A stretch of DNA of 64,000 nt from assembly GCA_029259155.1 (NCBI GenBank), contig JAPDJI010000017.1, positions 77,759 through 141,758 on the forward strand, read 5' to 3'. The translations under genes and the position numbers were made by a program. The stretch's first letter is position 1. The number at the start of each line of letters is the position of its first letter. Below are positions 7,842 through 18,152 of this stretch, one piece after another. The notes beneath the pieces were generated by a model. That model was not told the DNA's origin, ran no database searches, and saw only the letters and a list, made by a program, of their open reading frames with translations. Source of the stretch: Candidatus Methanomethylicia archaeon (GTDB lineage Archaea; Thermoproteota; Methanomethylicia; Nezhaarchaeales; B40-G2).

Positions 7842-9197
7842 GTGGTCCTGAGCAGAGTGGTAGAGGTCAGAAGGTTCGAGAGAGTAGGTGCTCACAGCCA
7901 TATTAAGGGGCTTGGGCTTAAGGACGGTAAAGCCTTACCCATAGCTGCGGGCATGGTCGGACAGGTTGAAGCTAGGGAAGCTGCAGGCGTCATCGTCAGC
8001 ATGGTCAGGGAAGGAAAGATGGCGGGTAGAGCTGTTCTACTAGCAGGTCCTCCAGGTACTGGTAAGACAGCGTTGGCGTCAGCGATAGCTAAGGAGCTGG
8101 GTGAAGACGTGCCTTTCATGATGATAACTGCCTCTGAAGTATACTCGGCTGAGGTTAAGAAGACCGAGGTACTTATGCAAGCGATGAGAAAGGCCATAGG
8201 GGTTAGGATAAAAGAGGTCAGGAAGATCTATGAAGGAATGATAACCGAGCTTGAGATTAAGGCAGGCCGCCACCCTTACAACCCCTACCAGCAGATACCC
8301 ATTGGAGCTAAGATAAAGCTGAAGACGAACGTTGATGAGAGGAGCTTCAACGTGGACGAGGCGGTGGCTCAAGAACTTATAGCAAGAGGAGTTTCAAAAG
8401 GCGATGTAATATGGATAGACGCTGAGACGGGAAGGGTCACTAAGCTAGGTAAGTGTATTGAGGCCCCTGCAGAGGCGCGTTATGACATCGAGGCCTCACC
8501 TAGGATACCTTTACCTCAAGGGCCTATAGCCAAGGAGAGAGAGTTCGTACATACCGTGACTCTTCACGATTTAGATGAGATGCACGCTCGACGTGGCAGC
8601 GTTTTCACCTTGCTTTTTGGTGGAAGAGAAGAACGCGAGATACCGCCTGAAGTGAGGCAGGAGGTCGATGAAACTGTGAAGAGATGGGTAGATGAAGGAA
8701 GAGCTGAAGTTATACCTGGAGTTCTCTTCATAGATGAGGTTTCTGCCCTCGATATCGAGGCTTTCTCCTTCCTAGGAAGAGCTATGGAGGGCGAGCTTGC
8801 TCCGGTAATAATATTAGCCACTAACCGAGGGGTAACGAAGGTCAGAGGGACAGACATAGTTTCTCCTCACGGTATACCGCTGGACCTGCTTGATAGGCTC
8901 CTGATAATTACTACGCGCGAATATACTGCCGACGAAGTGAAGGAGATCCTTAAGATAAGGGCAGCAGAGGAAGGAGTAGACTTGGAGGAAGATGCCTTAT
9001 CCGTCTTAATAAAAGTAGGGGTAGAGAACTCTTTAAGATATGCGGTACAACTGCTTTCACCATCATTTGAAATAGCTAAACGCTCAGGAAGAAGCAAGGT
9101 GACTGCTGTAGACGTGGAGCAAGCAAAGAAGTTGTTCGTCGACGTCAAGCAGTCAATGGCTTACCTTAAAGAGTATGAGGAAAAGTTGTTGAGATAA
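7842..9197 (+). CDS. TIP49/RuvB-like AAA+ ATPase (RUVBL1/2 homolog)
   Basis: AHSHIKGLGL, GPPGTGKT, VLFIDEV, ILATNRG, SPHGIPLDLLDRL; true start may be CTG 7848. Confidence 0.95.
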   Translation: MVLSRVVEVRRFERVGAHSHIKGLGLKDGKALPIAAGMVGQVEAREAAGVIVSMVREGKMAGRAVLLAGPPGTGKTALASAIAKELGEDVPFMMITASEVYSAEVKKTEVLMQAMRKAIGVRIKEVRKIYEGMITELEIKAGRHPYNPYQQIPIGAKIKLKTNVDERSFNVDEAVAQELIARGVSKGDVIWIDAETGRVTKLGKCIEAPAEARYDIEASPRIPLPQGPIAKEREFVHTVTLHDLDEMHARRGSVFTLLFGGREEREIPPEVRQEVDETVKRWVDEGRAEVIPGVLFIDEVSALDIEAFSFLGRAMEGELAPVIILATNRGVTKVRGTDIVSPHGIPLDLLDRLLIITTREYTADEVKEILKIRAAEEGVDLEEDALSVLIKVGVENSLRYAVQLLSPSFEIAKRSGRSKVTAVDVEQAKKLFVDVKQSMAYLKEYEEKLLR

Positions 9198-9202
9198 CTT
9201 CA

Positions 9203-9223
9203 AGAAAAATTTTTATAGAAGCG
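9203..9223 (+). promoter_or_regulatory. BRE/TATA promoter of first thermosome gene (AGAAAAATTTTTATAGAAGCG)
   Basis: Purine-rich BRE plus TTTTATA; 19/21 identical to the motif at 10985-11005. Confidence 0.6.
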
Positions 9224-9261
9224 CTCTTATTGAGCTTCGCTGAACCTAGAGGTGTTATGCT

Positions 9262-10893
9262 ATGTCGCAGGCAGTACCTGTACTTCTACTAAAAGAAGGC
9301 ACATCCAGAACGGTTGGCAGAGACGCGCAGAGAGCTAACATCATGGCTGTTAAGGTAATAGCAGAGGCCGTTAAGTCCTCGCTCGGTCCCATGGGTATGG
9401 ATAAGATGCTCGTAAGCAGTTTTGGCGACGTGACTATAACTAACGATGGTGCTACCATACTCAAGGAGATGGATATTCAGCATCCAGCTGCTAAGATGAT
9501 GGTGGAGGTAGCTAAAGCCCAGGACAGCGAGGTCGGCGACGGCACCACTACTGCTGTGGTCTTAACAGGTGAGCTATTGAAGAATGCGGAGGGGCTTCTC
9601 GAGCAAGATGTCCATGCTACTGTCATAATGGACGGTTATAGGAAGGCCATGAACAAGGCTCTAGAACTTCTCGACGAAATCTCTAAGCCGGTCAACCCTC
9701 TTGATAAAGAAATATTGAAGAAGTGCGCCCTAACTACGCTCTCAGGGAAAGCCGCGGTAGCTTCAGCTAAAGAATTACTTGCTGAGCTTAGCGTTGAAGC
9801 GGTTCTCCAGGTAGCGAGGGAGGTAGACGGCATGTATGTGGTCGACGTTGACGATGTAAAAGTGGAGAAGAAGCGAGGAGAATCGCTAACTGAAACCCAG
9901 CTAATAAGAGGTTTAGTCATCGACAAGGAAGTTGTTCATCCAGGCATGCCTAAGAGGGTCGAGAAGGCCAAGATCGCCCTCCTAGAATGTCCACTCGAAA
10001 TAGAAAAGACGGAGATGACCGCTAAGATCAGGATAACCAGCCCTGAACAAATGAAAGCCTTCCTAGACGAAGAGATAAAGATGCTCAAGAACATGGTAGA
10101 TAAGATAGCTTCAGTCGGCGCTAACGTAGTGTTATGTGAGAAGGGTATCGATGATGCAGCTCAACATTTCCTAGCCAAGAAGGGTATCTTGGCAGCTAGG
10201 AGGATCAAGCACTCTGACATGGAGAAGCTAGCTAAGGCTACAGGTGGTAGAACAGTGACTAGCATAGATGACCTTAAGCCCAGTGATCTTGGTGAGGCTG
10301 AGCTGGTGGAGGAGCGTAAGATTGCTGATGAGAAGATGATTTTCGTGGAGGGTTGTAAGAATCCAAGAGCCTTGTCCATCCTTGTCAGAGGCAGCAGCGA
10401 TATGATGATTAAGGAAGCTGAGCGCTCAATGCATGACGCTCTCTGCGTAGTCCGAAACGTAGTCCAAGAACCTAAGATAGTTGCTGGAGGAGGAGCTGTT
10501 GAAGTAGAGTTAGCGCTTAGATTGAAGGATTGGGCTAGGTCGCTAGCTGGACGTGAACAACTGGCGGCATTGAAGTTCGCTGAGGCCCTAGAAGCCATAC
10601 CCAGCATATTAGCTGAGAACTCAGGCCTAGACCCTATAGACATCATGGTCAAGCTGAGGGCTGAACATGAAAAAGGGTTTTTCAGCGCAGGAATTAATGT
10701 AAAAGAGGGCAAGGTCGCTGATATGTATGAACTCAACGTCATTGAACCGACGCTTGTAAAGAAGCAGGTAGTTAAATCCGCGACAGAGGCTGCATTAATG
10801 ATACTGAAGATAGACGACGTTATCGCTGCTTCTGCTCTAAAGAAAGAGGAGAAGGAAAAGAAAGAGGGAGGCCCTAGGTTTAGCGAATTTTAA
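9262..10893 (+). CDS. Thermosome (group II chaperonin) subunit
   Basis: [29 protein letters not shown] motifs. Confidence 0.97.
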   Translation: MSQAVPVLLLKEGTSRTVGRDAQRANIMAVKVIAEAVKSSLGPMGMDKMLVSSFGDVTITNDGATILKEMDIQHPAAKMMVEVAKAQDSEVGDGTTTAVVLTGELLKNAEGLLEQDVHATVIMDGYRKAMNKALELLDEISKPVNPLDKEILKKCALTTLSGKAAVASAKELLAELSVEAVLQVAREVDGMYVVDVDDVKVEKKRGESLTETQLIRGLVIDKEVVHPGMPKRVEKAKIALLECPLEIEKTEMTAKIRITSPEQMKAFLDEEIKMLKNMVDKIASVGANVVLCEKGIDDAAQHFLAKKGILAARRIKHSDMEKLAKATGGRTVTSIDDLKPSDLGEAELVEERKIADEKMIFVEGCKNPRALSILVRGSSDMMIKEAERSMHDALCVVRNVVQEPKIVAGGGAVEVELALRLKDWARSLAGREQLAALKFAEALEAIPSILAENSGLDPIDIMVKLRAEHEKGFFSAGINVKEGKVADMYELNVIEPTLVKKQVVKSATEAALMILKIDDVIAASALKKEEKEKKEGGPRFSEF

Positions 10894-10984
10894 GATATCA
10901 ACATAATTTTTCCCGTCCACATATTCTCAAAATGTCCTTCATCCAAGTACTTAGAGGAAGAGGTAGAAGACCTCTTTTTCATGT

Positions 10985-11005
10985 AGAAAAATATATATAG
11001 AAGCG
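10985..11005 (+). promoter_or_regulatory. BRE/TATA promoter of second thermosome gene (AGAAAAATATATATAGAAGCG)
   Basis: Near-identical to 9203-9223 at a similar distance from the start codon. Confidence 0.6.
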
Positions 11006-11040
11006 ACTTATTGTGCCCTCTGAAAACAAGGGGTGGTTCT

Positions 11041-12702
11041 ATGGCGATTGCTCAGCTAGGTGGAGTACCTGTCCTCATCTTAAAGGAAGGCTCTACTAGA
11101 ACCGTGGGGAGGGAAGCGCAGCGGGCTAACATTGCCGCGGCTAAAGCCATAGCGGAGGCCGTTAGATCGACGTTAGGCCCTCGAGGCATGGATAAGATGC
11201 TGGTCGATAGCCTAGGAGACGTAACTGTTACTAATGATGGTGCTACAATACTCGATGAAATAGAGGTTCAGCATCCAGCTGCTAAGATGATGGTGGAGGT
11301 AGCTAAAGCCCAGGACGATGAAGTCGGCGACGGCACCACTACTAGCGTGGTTCTTGCAGGAGAGTTGTTAAAGAAAGCTGAAGAGTTGATGGCTAAAAAC
11401 ATACATCCCACCGTGATCATAAGCGGATACAGTAAAGCCCTAGACTTCTGTAACAAGGTGTTGGATGAGCTGGCCAAGCCTGTGTCTATGGATGACAAGG
11501 AGACCTTGCGTAAGATAGCCATGACATCCATGGCGGCTAAGACCGTGGCGGGCTCTAAGGAAATGCTAGCTGACATGGCTGTCAAGGCAGTCATGCAGGT
11601 CGCGGAGAAGCGAGATGATAAGGTAATTGCCGACACTGATTACATACAGCTGATCAAGCGTCAAGGTGCCAGCTTAGCCGAATCCAAGTTGATCAACGGC
11701 GTCATTATCGACAAAGAAGTGGTCCACTCTGGCATGCCCAGGAAGGTCGAGAAGGCCAAGATCGCCCTTCTGGACTGTCCACTCGAAATAGAAAAGACAG
11801 AGATGGATGCGGAGATCAGAATCTCGAGCCCTGAACAAATGAAAGCTTTCCTAGAGGAAGAAGAGCGCATGTTAAAGAACATGGTGGATAAGATTAAGGC
11901 TTCTGGCGCCAACGTAGTGTTTTGCCAGAAAGGCATAGATGACGTGGCTCAACACTTCTTAGCTAAAGAAGGTATCCTAGCGGCTAGGAGAGTCAAGAAG
12001 TCGGACATGGAGAAACTGGCAAGAGCTACTGGAGGCAGAATAGTAACTAACATCGAGGATCTTTCGCCCAGTGATCTTGGTGAGGCTGAGCTGGTGGAGG
12101 AGCGTAAGATTGCTGATGAGAAGATGATTTTCGTGGAGGGTTGTAAGAATCCAAGAGCTGTAGCCATATTAATAAGGGGTGGCCTAGAGAAGTTTATCGA
12201 CGAGGCTGAACGAGCTTTAACCGATGCTCTGTCGACAGTGTCCGATGCCATCGAATGTGGTAAGATTGTGACTGGCGGTGGATCGATTGAGATGGAGTTA
12301 GCGAGAAGGCTTCGTGAATTTGCACCTACCGTTGGAGGTAAGGAACAACTAGCTATTGAAGCGTTTGCTAATGCCTTAGAGATTATTCCTAAAACGCTGG
12401 CTGAGAATGCAGGCTTGGACCCGCTTGACATGATAATGGAGCTAAGAGCGCTTCACGAAAAAGCAGGTAATGAGACCATAGGCGTAGACGTGTTCTCTGG
12501 TAAACCAGCTGACATGTATGGCTTGGGTGTTATAGAGCCTCAGAATGTTAAGGGTATGGCTATTAAATCAGCTACCGAAGCAGCCTCTATGATACTAAGA
12601 ATAGACGACATCATAGCTGCAGCTAAGACTGAGACTAAGGCAAGCGAAACGCCCAGCAAGACCGGTGGAGAGGAAGAAGGAGAAAAGTCGGAGTTTGATT
12701 AA
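11041..12702 (+). CDS. Thermosome (group II chaperonin) subunit, second paralog
   Basis: [23 protein letters not shown]; ATG 11041 follows GGGGTGG SD. Confidence 0.97.
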   Translation: MAIAQLGGVPVLILKEGSTRTVGREAQRANIAAAKAIAEAVRSTLGPRGMDKMLVDSLGDVTVTNDGATILDEIEVQHPAAKMMVEVAKAQDDEVGDGTTTSVVLAGELLKKAEELMAKNIHPTVIISGYSKALDFCNKVLDELAKPVSMDDKETLRKIAMTSMAAKTVAGSKEMLADMAVKAVMQVAEKRDDKVIADTDYIQLIKRQGASLAESKLINGVIIDKEVVHSGMPRKVEKAKIALLDCPLEIEKTEMDAEIRISSPEQMKAFLEEEERMLKNMVDKIKASGANVVFCQKGIDDVAQHFLAKEGILAARRVKKSDMEKLARATGGRIVTNIEDLSPSDLGEAELVEERKIADEKMIFVEGCKNPRAVAILIRGGLEKFIDEAERALTDALSTVSDAIECGKIVTGGGSIEMELARRLREFAPTVGGKEQLAIEAFANALEIIPKTLAENAGLDPLDMIMELRALHEKAGNETIGVDVFSGKPADMYGLGVIEPQNVKGMAIKSATEAASMILRIDDIIAAAKTETKASETPSKTGGEEEGEKSEFD

Positions 12703-12713
12703 TCTTTAGATCT

Positions 12714-13490
12714 TTATTTAGATAGTTTTTCCCTCACTATTTCTTGGAACCTGTTTGCGTCTTCAGCCATGGATGTATTGTTAAACAATACGTATATCTC
12801 CTTTCCTTCTTCGTGGTATGGCTTAACCCAGTCCTCATATAATCTCAGGTGTTCTTCATCGTTATAATCATAGACGTACATTCGTTTACCCAAACCGTGA
12901 AGCCTGTAGTAAATGATTTCTCTCTCTTTCGTCACGGTTTGGGCCCTGAAGGGGTCTACTATGTGAATTAAATCATACTCCAAGCATACTTGACTTATCC
13001 TTTCAGGGGTCCAGCTTTCATGTCTAAATTCTATGGCTAATTTCATCTCCTTCCTATCTATGGAGGATAGAAAGTCGCGCATATTTCTCAGGTTTTCATG
13101 AGAGGCATCAAGCGAAGGAGGACATTGGATAACCATTATCTTGGCTTTTAGTGCCTTGGCTATTTCCATGGTTTTGTTCCAAGCCTCAAAGTTTTCCTCT
13201 GTAGGCTTTAAAAGTCCATACCTATCTGCTTTTTCTGGAGGTATTTTTATTCCTGCTTTCTTCCACGTGGGGCTTGAGGTTGGATGAGTAATAGCTTGCC
13301 AGCTTTTCAACGTAAACTCGAAGTCTAAAGGAGCCTTAGTTCTCCAACCTTCTGCCGTAGAGGGGTTAGGTAGCTTGTAGAAAGTGCTTTGTATTTCTAT
13401 GAGTTTAAAGGTCTTAAAATAAGCCTCCATTCCACCTTTAATCGCCCATCCACAGCAACCTACTTTAATACTCAAAGCTTCCCCCTTCAC
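12714..13490 (-). CDS. DUF72 family protein (TIM barrel)
   Basis: VGCCGW, EIQSTFY, FTLKSWQAITH, IEFRHESW, YYRLHG, YVLFNN. Confidence 0.9.
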   Translation of the reverse strand: MKGEALSIKVGCCGWAIKGGMEAYFKTFKLIEIQSTFYKLPNPSTAEGWRTKAPLDFEFTLKSWQAITHPTSSPTWKKAGIKIPPEKADRYGLLKPTEENFEAWNKTMEIAKALKAKIMVIQCPPSLDASHENLRNMRDFLSSIDRKEMKLAIEFRHESWTPERISQVCLEYDLIHIVDPFRAQTVTKEREIIYYRLHGLGKRMYVYDYNDEEHLRLYEDWVKPYHEEGKEIYVLFNNTSMAEDANRFQEIVREKLSK

Positions 13491-14805
13491 ATTTACGATA
13501 ACCCTCCTTCATAAGGCTTAATCCCTTCAAAACCAAGGGGATTGCGGAGGCTCCGACCAAGAGGACGAGAAGGTCTAAAGGTAGGGTTACATAGCCTAAG
13601 ATAGGTCTATCGTAAAGTACCAAGAGTAATCCTCCTAAATTGATGATGGAAAAGAAGGCTACTATCAACCACGCGACTACCTTCATGTAACCCTTAATTT
13701 CAAAGCCTTTCATGATCCTAGAGTCGCAGCATAGCTTAGCTAGGAGCACGAATGGAGGTACGGTGGCTAAGCTTGAGAGTACAGAAGACACTATCGCCAC
13801 CTTGACGGGTTTGGTGATCAATATTAGTGGTAGCACGCTTGCTATGGTTATGACTGCCACCCATATAGGCCATACCTTATTATCTTTCTTAGGCCCGACC
13901 CCTCTCCACCCATAGGTTTCAGATAGGAGAGCTACCGTGGAATGTAGAGTTATCACTGCTGCTAGTAAGGAACCTGCGAAGAGTCCCAGAGAAAACAGGA
14001 AGATGGAGGCTTCGCCAAATACTTGTTTGAAGGCTTCTATAGCTTCAATCATGTTTTCAGAAACCGTGCCTAAACCGGCTCCACACACCACTATTGCTAT
14101 ACATATGGCTAAGCTTATCAGTGATCCTACGACGGCACTCAGCATGGCTTGTATAAGCGAGTTTTCTTTAACTCCTTTCTCAGCTAGGTCGCTGGCTTCG
14201 TAGAACAAGACATTGGGCCCCACCGCCATACCCATGACTGCCAGTACTGCGATCCAGTAGCCTCCATCGAAGGTGGCTGCGGGTTTAATGAACCCCTCTA
14301 CGACCTTTAAGGGGTTTGGATTGGCGGCGAACGCGAGGATGACGTAAGCTATGAAGGTTAAGCTTAACGCTATTAGTACTTCATCGATCAAATCGAGGGA
14401 TCTTGTGCACGCTACGGCCAATAATATTAAAGCTGAAACTATAGCTGCCGTTACTAAGGAGAGGTTGAAGAGGGCTGATAAGGCTATTGCCATACCCGCC
14501 AGCTCAGCTGAAATAAGGGAGATGTTAGCGGCTACTGAGGTGAAGACTGTAAGTGATACGTGTTTTTCACTAAACCTCTCCTTCATGTTCTCGGCTAATC
14601 CCTTCCCTGTAACGAGGGCTACCTCGGAGGCTACTTGAAGAATGAAAGTGTAGAGGAGGAAACCTAGGACAACAGCCCATAGTAAGGAGTATCTATATGC
14701 AGCTCCAATCGATAAAAGACATAGAATTGCGCAAGCATCTACGTTTTGAATCCCAGCTAGCACTCCTGGGGCCATTATCTTAAATAGCCTCAGCCCCTCG
14801 CTCAT
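13465..14805 (-). CDS. NRAMP-family divalent metal transporter-like membrane protein
   Basis: About 12 hydrophobic segments; GAAYRYSLLW, VTGKGLAE, AVMGMAVGP; canonical DPGN replaced by DACA. Confidence 0.75.
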   Translation of the reverse strand: MSEGLRLFKIMAPGVLAGIQNVDACAILCLLSIGAAYRYSLLWAVVLGFLLYTFILQVASEVALVTGKGLAENMKERFSEKHVSLTVFTSVAANISLISAELAGMAIALSALFNLSLVTAAIVSALILLAVACTRSLDLIDEVLIALSLTFIAYVILAFAANPNPLKVVEGFIKPAATFDGGYWIAVLAVMGMAVGPNVLFYEASDLAEKGVKENSLIQAMLSAVVGSLISLAICIAIVVCGAGLGTVSENMIEAIEAFKQVFGEASIFLFSLGLFAGSLLAAVITLHSTVALLSETYGWRGVGPKKDNKVWPIWVAVITIASVLPLILITKPVKVAIVSSVLSSLATVPPFVLLAKLCCDSRIMKGFEIKGYMKVVAWLIVAFFSIINLGGLLLVLYDRPILGYVTLPLDLLVLLVGASAIPLVLKGLSLMKEGYRKCEGGSFEY

Positions 14806-14832
14806 CCACCCTCACATCCAGAGGGTGGAGTT

Positions 14833-15144
14833 TTAACCTTGATGTAAGACTCTCTTCACGTGGGAGAGGGGGAGTGGATGGATTGATTTTACGCTTAGAT
14901 GTATGGCTTGGCCATAATCGTTAGAGTGTATAAGCGTTATGCTGCACGGTACAGTTAGGGTGAAGCCCTTTACAGCTTCCTCTCCATTTAGATTGATGGG
15001 CTGCTCTTCCTCCTTGTCCTTGTTTAACTCTTTTTCTTCAAGGTTTTTCTTCTTCAAAGCCTTCCTAGCCGTAAGCATGTTGTATATAATCGGTGTTAAT
15101 CCCATGGTGACGTATGTAGCTATGAGGCCAGCTTCTTCAATCAT
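14833..15144 (-). CDS. Hypothetical protein with N-terminal membrane anchor
   Basis: ATG after AGGTGG SD; hydrophobic N-terminus then charged linker; co-directional with the NRAMP gene. Confidence 0.5.
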   Translation of the reverse strand: MIEEAGLIATYVTMGLTPIIYNMLTARKALKKKNLEEKELNKDKEEEQPINLNGEEAVKGFTLTVPCSITLIHSNDYGQAIHLSVKSIHPLPLSHVKRVLHQG

Positions 15145-15345
15145 CTATGCCACCTATCAAAGAGTTTTCTGAAGGTTGATTAATAAGGGTGGTGAGGTTA
15201 ACTACGTCAAATACTTCTCTGGAATATCAGAGGAATACAATAGGAGTTGTACATGAGCCTCTCCTTATCGCTCTCCTCTCAGTCTAGTTGAACTATATCC
15301 ATAAACTCCACAAAGCTAAAACCTGTCACGAGTTAACTTTACTCG

Positions 15346-16467
15346 ATGATTGGTAGGTATTCGAGACCCTTCGTCGTGCGCCTGCTTCTTTTAATTTTAA
15401 TCACTGTATTCTCTCTAACAGCTCTTTTACTCCTGCGCGCCCCTCCTACAAGCCATGAAGCATCTACTTTTCTTTATAAATTAAACGTTACGTTGACCAA
15501 CAACGGCACGCAGCCTATGCCCCTAGAAGGCTTAACCTTGATTACCATCTTCCCTAATAGTTCTCGACAGCGTGTTTTAGTTGAACGTGTAAGTTATTAC
15601 CTTAACGGAGATGAACTTAACGGTTATAGCTTCCAAAAAAGCCCAGAAGGTAACACAATATTGAACCTGACAGGGGCACCTGCGTTCCTTCCCCCTAGGT
15701 CTTGTCTAAGAGTATACCTTGAACTGTCCATTAATCTTCAAACAACAATTATGAACTTAACCACCCCTCTAATCCCTGAAGAGTCCCAGCTCCTTGACGA
15801 TATTCCAGCTGAGCTCAAAGAAAAGTTCTGTAACTCCACAGATCTATGGAATACTCAAGACCCTGAATTAAGCCGCTTAGCTTCTTTCTTGAGCGGCGAT
15901 GAAAGGGTGTTAAATGTAATATATAACTTCCTAACATGGATTGACGATAATATCAAGTACCCTTCTGAGCGTGAAGATACCGAACACATAGTATGGTATC
16001 CTAACCAGACATATGTGGAGCGCGAAGGAGATTGTGATGATAGGGCTAATCTCTTCATAACTCTATGTCGATGCGTGGGAATACCGAGCTATCTGCAGTA
16101 TGGCGCCATATATGAACCAGGTTCTATGTCCTTTAGTGAATATTTTGGTTCAAGGTATAGACACATTATGTACGGGATGGGTAGACATGGCTGGGCTATG
16201 TCTTATGTTCCACCATGGGGTTGGCTACCTATCGATTTTACTTACTTTGAAGGGCTGTCTCTGGTGGGGATTAATGGATCTCTATATTTGAAGGCCTCTA
16301 AACCCTCAGACCATATCATTGGCTCCGCTTTATTCACGGACTCGGTTATAGTAGAGGGTAATATAACTGTAAGTGACTATATGGCTTCAAACCTTAAGAT
16401 CGCCGAGCTCCTCGCTAACTATGATGCTTATATGATTGAGGAAGAAGCCTTACTTCCTCATCCCTAA
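15346..16467 (+). CDS. Membrane-anchored/secreted transglutaminase-like (Cys-His-Asp) protein
   Basis: N-terminal TM/signal; GDCDDRANLFITLCRCVGIP, HGW, W.PIDFT catalytic triad motifs. Confidence 0.85.
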   Translation: MIGRYSRPFVVRLLLLILITVFSLTALLLLRAPPTSHEASTFLYKLNVTLTNNGTQPMPLEGLTLITIFPNSSRQRVLVERVSYYLNGDELNGYSFQKSPEGNTILNLTGAPAFLPPRSCLRVYLELSINLQTTIMNLTTPLIPEESQLLDDIPAELKEKFCNSTDLWNTQDPELSRLASFLSGDERVLNVIYNFLTWIDDNIKYPSEREDTEHIVWYPNQTYVEREGDCDDRANLFITLCRCVGIPSYLQYGAIYEPGSMSFSEYFGSRYRHIMYGMGRHGWAMSYVPPWGWLPIDFTYFEGLSLVGINGSLYLKASKPSDHIIGSALFTDSVIVEGNITVSDYMASNLKIAELLANYDAYMIEEEALLPHP

Positions 16468-16543
16468 GGTTTTTTTATGATTTTGGACGATGGAAAAGCA
16501 GTTTTTAAACTAGGAAGTAGGTTGTAAGTATCTTTGAGGATCT

Positions 16544-17065
16544 ATGCACGTACTAGACGCAATAAAGACGAGGAGAAGTGTAAGGGCTTTTAGGCCTGAG
16601 CCCATACCTGATGATCTTCTTACAAAGGTGCTCGAGGCTGGGACATGGGCTCCTTCAGCAGGAAATCTACAGCCGTGGGAGTTTATAGTGGTTAAGAGTC
16701 AGGAGATGAAGGTTAAAATAGCTAGGGCTGCTCTACATCAAATGTGGATAACTGAGGCTCCGGTTGTTGTGGTGGCGTGTGCTAATGAGAAAAGATCTGA
16801 AATGGGATATGGGGAGAGAGGTAGAGCTTTCTACTGTATATGTGATGTCTCTGCGGCGGTTCAGAACATGCTTTTGGCTATACATGCTCTCGGCTTGGCT
16901 TCGTGTTGGATTGGAGCTTTCGATGACTATGAGCTCTCAGAAGTACTCAAGCTACCTCCTGGTGTAAGGCCTATAGCAATTCTTCCTATAGGCTATGGAA
17001 GAGAAGCTCCGCGTTCACCGCCTAGAAGACCTTTAAGCTCTGTTATTCATCTTGAACACTACTAG
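16544..17065 (+). CDS. Nitroreductase family protein
   Basis: RRSVRAF, WAPSAGNLQPW, GLASCWIG, ILPIGY. Confidence 0.95.
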   Translation: MHVLDAIKTRRSVRAFRPEPIPDDLLTKVLEAGTWAPSAGNLQPWEFIVVKSQEMKVKIARAALHQMWITEAPVVVVACANEKRSEMGYGERGRAFYCICDVSAAVQNMLLAIHALGLASCWIGAFDDYELSEVLKLPPGVRPIAILPIGYGREAPRSPPRRPLSSVIHLEHY

Positions 17066-17091
17066 TTTCCTTAGAGTTGGGGGTTTGTCTT

Positions 17092-17622
17092 TTGTCTGAT
17101 GAAGCTAAGGAGCTTGCCGAATTAAAGAGGTATTTGGAAGAAAAACTCTCGTCTCTTCAGAGAGAAGTTGAAAACTTAAAAGCGATAATAAAGCTTGTAG
17201 ACGAAGCTCTTTCAAAGACGAGTTTTAAGCCAGCCTTGGAGTTAATGGAGCTTCCACCCTCAACCGAGGAAAATGTTATGTTAATAACCACAAGGGATGG
17301 CAAGGTATTGGGGAAGGTATATGTAGGTGAAGATTATATGAGGGTTGAACCATCACCTGATCTGGATCTAGACATCAACATTTCCCCCTTCAAGCCTTTT
17401 CTCATCGATAAGGTCTTGGAGTCCATGAAGGCTAAGGATAGAGAAGCTGCTGAGAGAGGTTTGATAGATCCTGATAAAGTGATGGATTATCGCGTGCATA
17501 CTGAAGGAGACAAGCTGAAGTACATCTTGGTAAAGAATGTAGTTGACGAACGTAGGGTAAGGGAGATTAGAAGCGCCGTCAGATGGACCTTTGAACGTAT
17601 GCTTGAAAGGATGCGAAGATAA
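17092..17622 (+). CDS. Conserved archaeal hypothetical protein with N-terminal coiled coil
   Basis: Heptad LAELKRYLEEKLSSLQREVENLK then alpha/beta domain ending REIRSAVRWTFERM; TTG 17092 after GGGGG SD. Confidence 0.7.
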   Translation: MSDEAKELAELKRYLEEKLSSLQREVENLKAIIKLVDEALSKTSFKPALELMELPPSTEENVMLITTRDGKVLGKVYVGEDYMRVEPSPDLDLDINISPFKPFLIDKVLESMKAKDREAAERGLIDPDKVMDYRVHTEGDKLKYILVKNVVDERRVREIRSAVRWTFERMLERMRR

Positions 17623-17716
17623 GCCTCTTAGATTACCTGCTTTATCCATTTATTGAATCGAGGAACCGCTGGGATTAAAAGGCTTTTTTGGTGGGTGCAG
17701 ATGGTGATGTAGCCGA

Positions 17717-18145
17717 ATGCAGCGGTGTGAAAAACGAAGAGCAGTATCTCCTGTGATAGCTACACTTATCATGGTGGCTGTTGCGATATCGTTAGGCTCC
17801 TTCGCCTACTGGTACACCGTAAGTTACACTAAGACCTCCACGCAAACAGTCTCCTTGGTTATCGACGCAACGGCCACCAATAGTTCATCAGGCAGCTCAC
17901 TCCAAGTTATCTTGAGAAATATAGGAGCTACCCCTATAATGGTGGAGAAACTTCTAGTATTCCATGAACATGGTAACCACATAGTCGACGTTAATGCTGC
18001 GCTCAATGCAGGCAGTACCCTATCCTTGTCTTTCACGGAAGACGATGTGCCCGACATGACCTTCATAGCTGGCAAGAGCTATACTATATTAGTCAAGACA
18101 GATGTAGGCAATTTCTCCTCCACCACTTACTGTGTGAGCGGGTGA
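17717..18145 (+). CDS. Type IV pilin (class III signal peptide)
   Basis: KRRA|VSPVIATLIMVAVAI. Confidence 0.88.
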   Translation: MQRCEKRRAVSPVIATLIMVAVAISLGSFAYWYTVSYTKTSTQTVSLVIDATATNSSSGSSLQVILRNIGATPIMVEKLLVFHEHGNHIVDVNAALNAGSTLSLSFTEDDVPDMTFIAGKSYTILVKTDVGNFSSTTYCVSG

Positions 18146-18152
18146 AGACTTC

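Noticed and set aside
9255-12431. Long antisense ORFs over the thermosome genes (and similar shadow ORFs throughout the window)
   Set aside because: Ser/Leu-rich antisense mirrors of strongly conserved sense genes, caused by codon bias
15145-15345. Possible Mn-sensing riboswitch upstream of the NRAMP operon (hairpin near 15215-15235)
   Set aside because: I could not identify yybP-ykoY consensus elements; a single imperfect hairpin is insufficient
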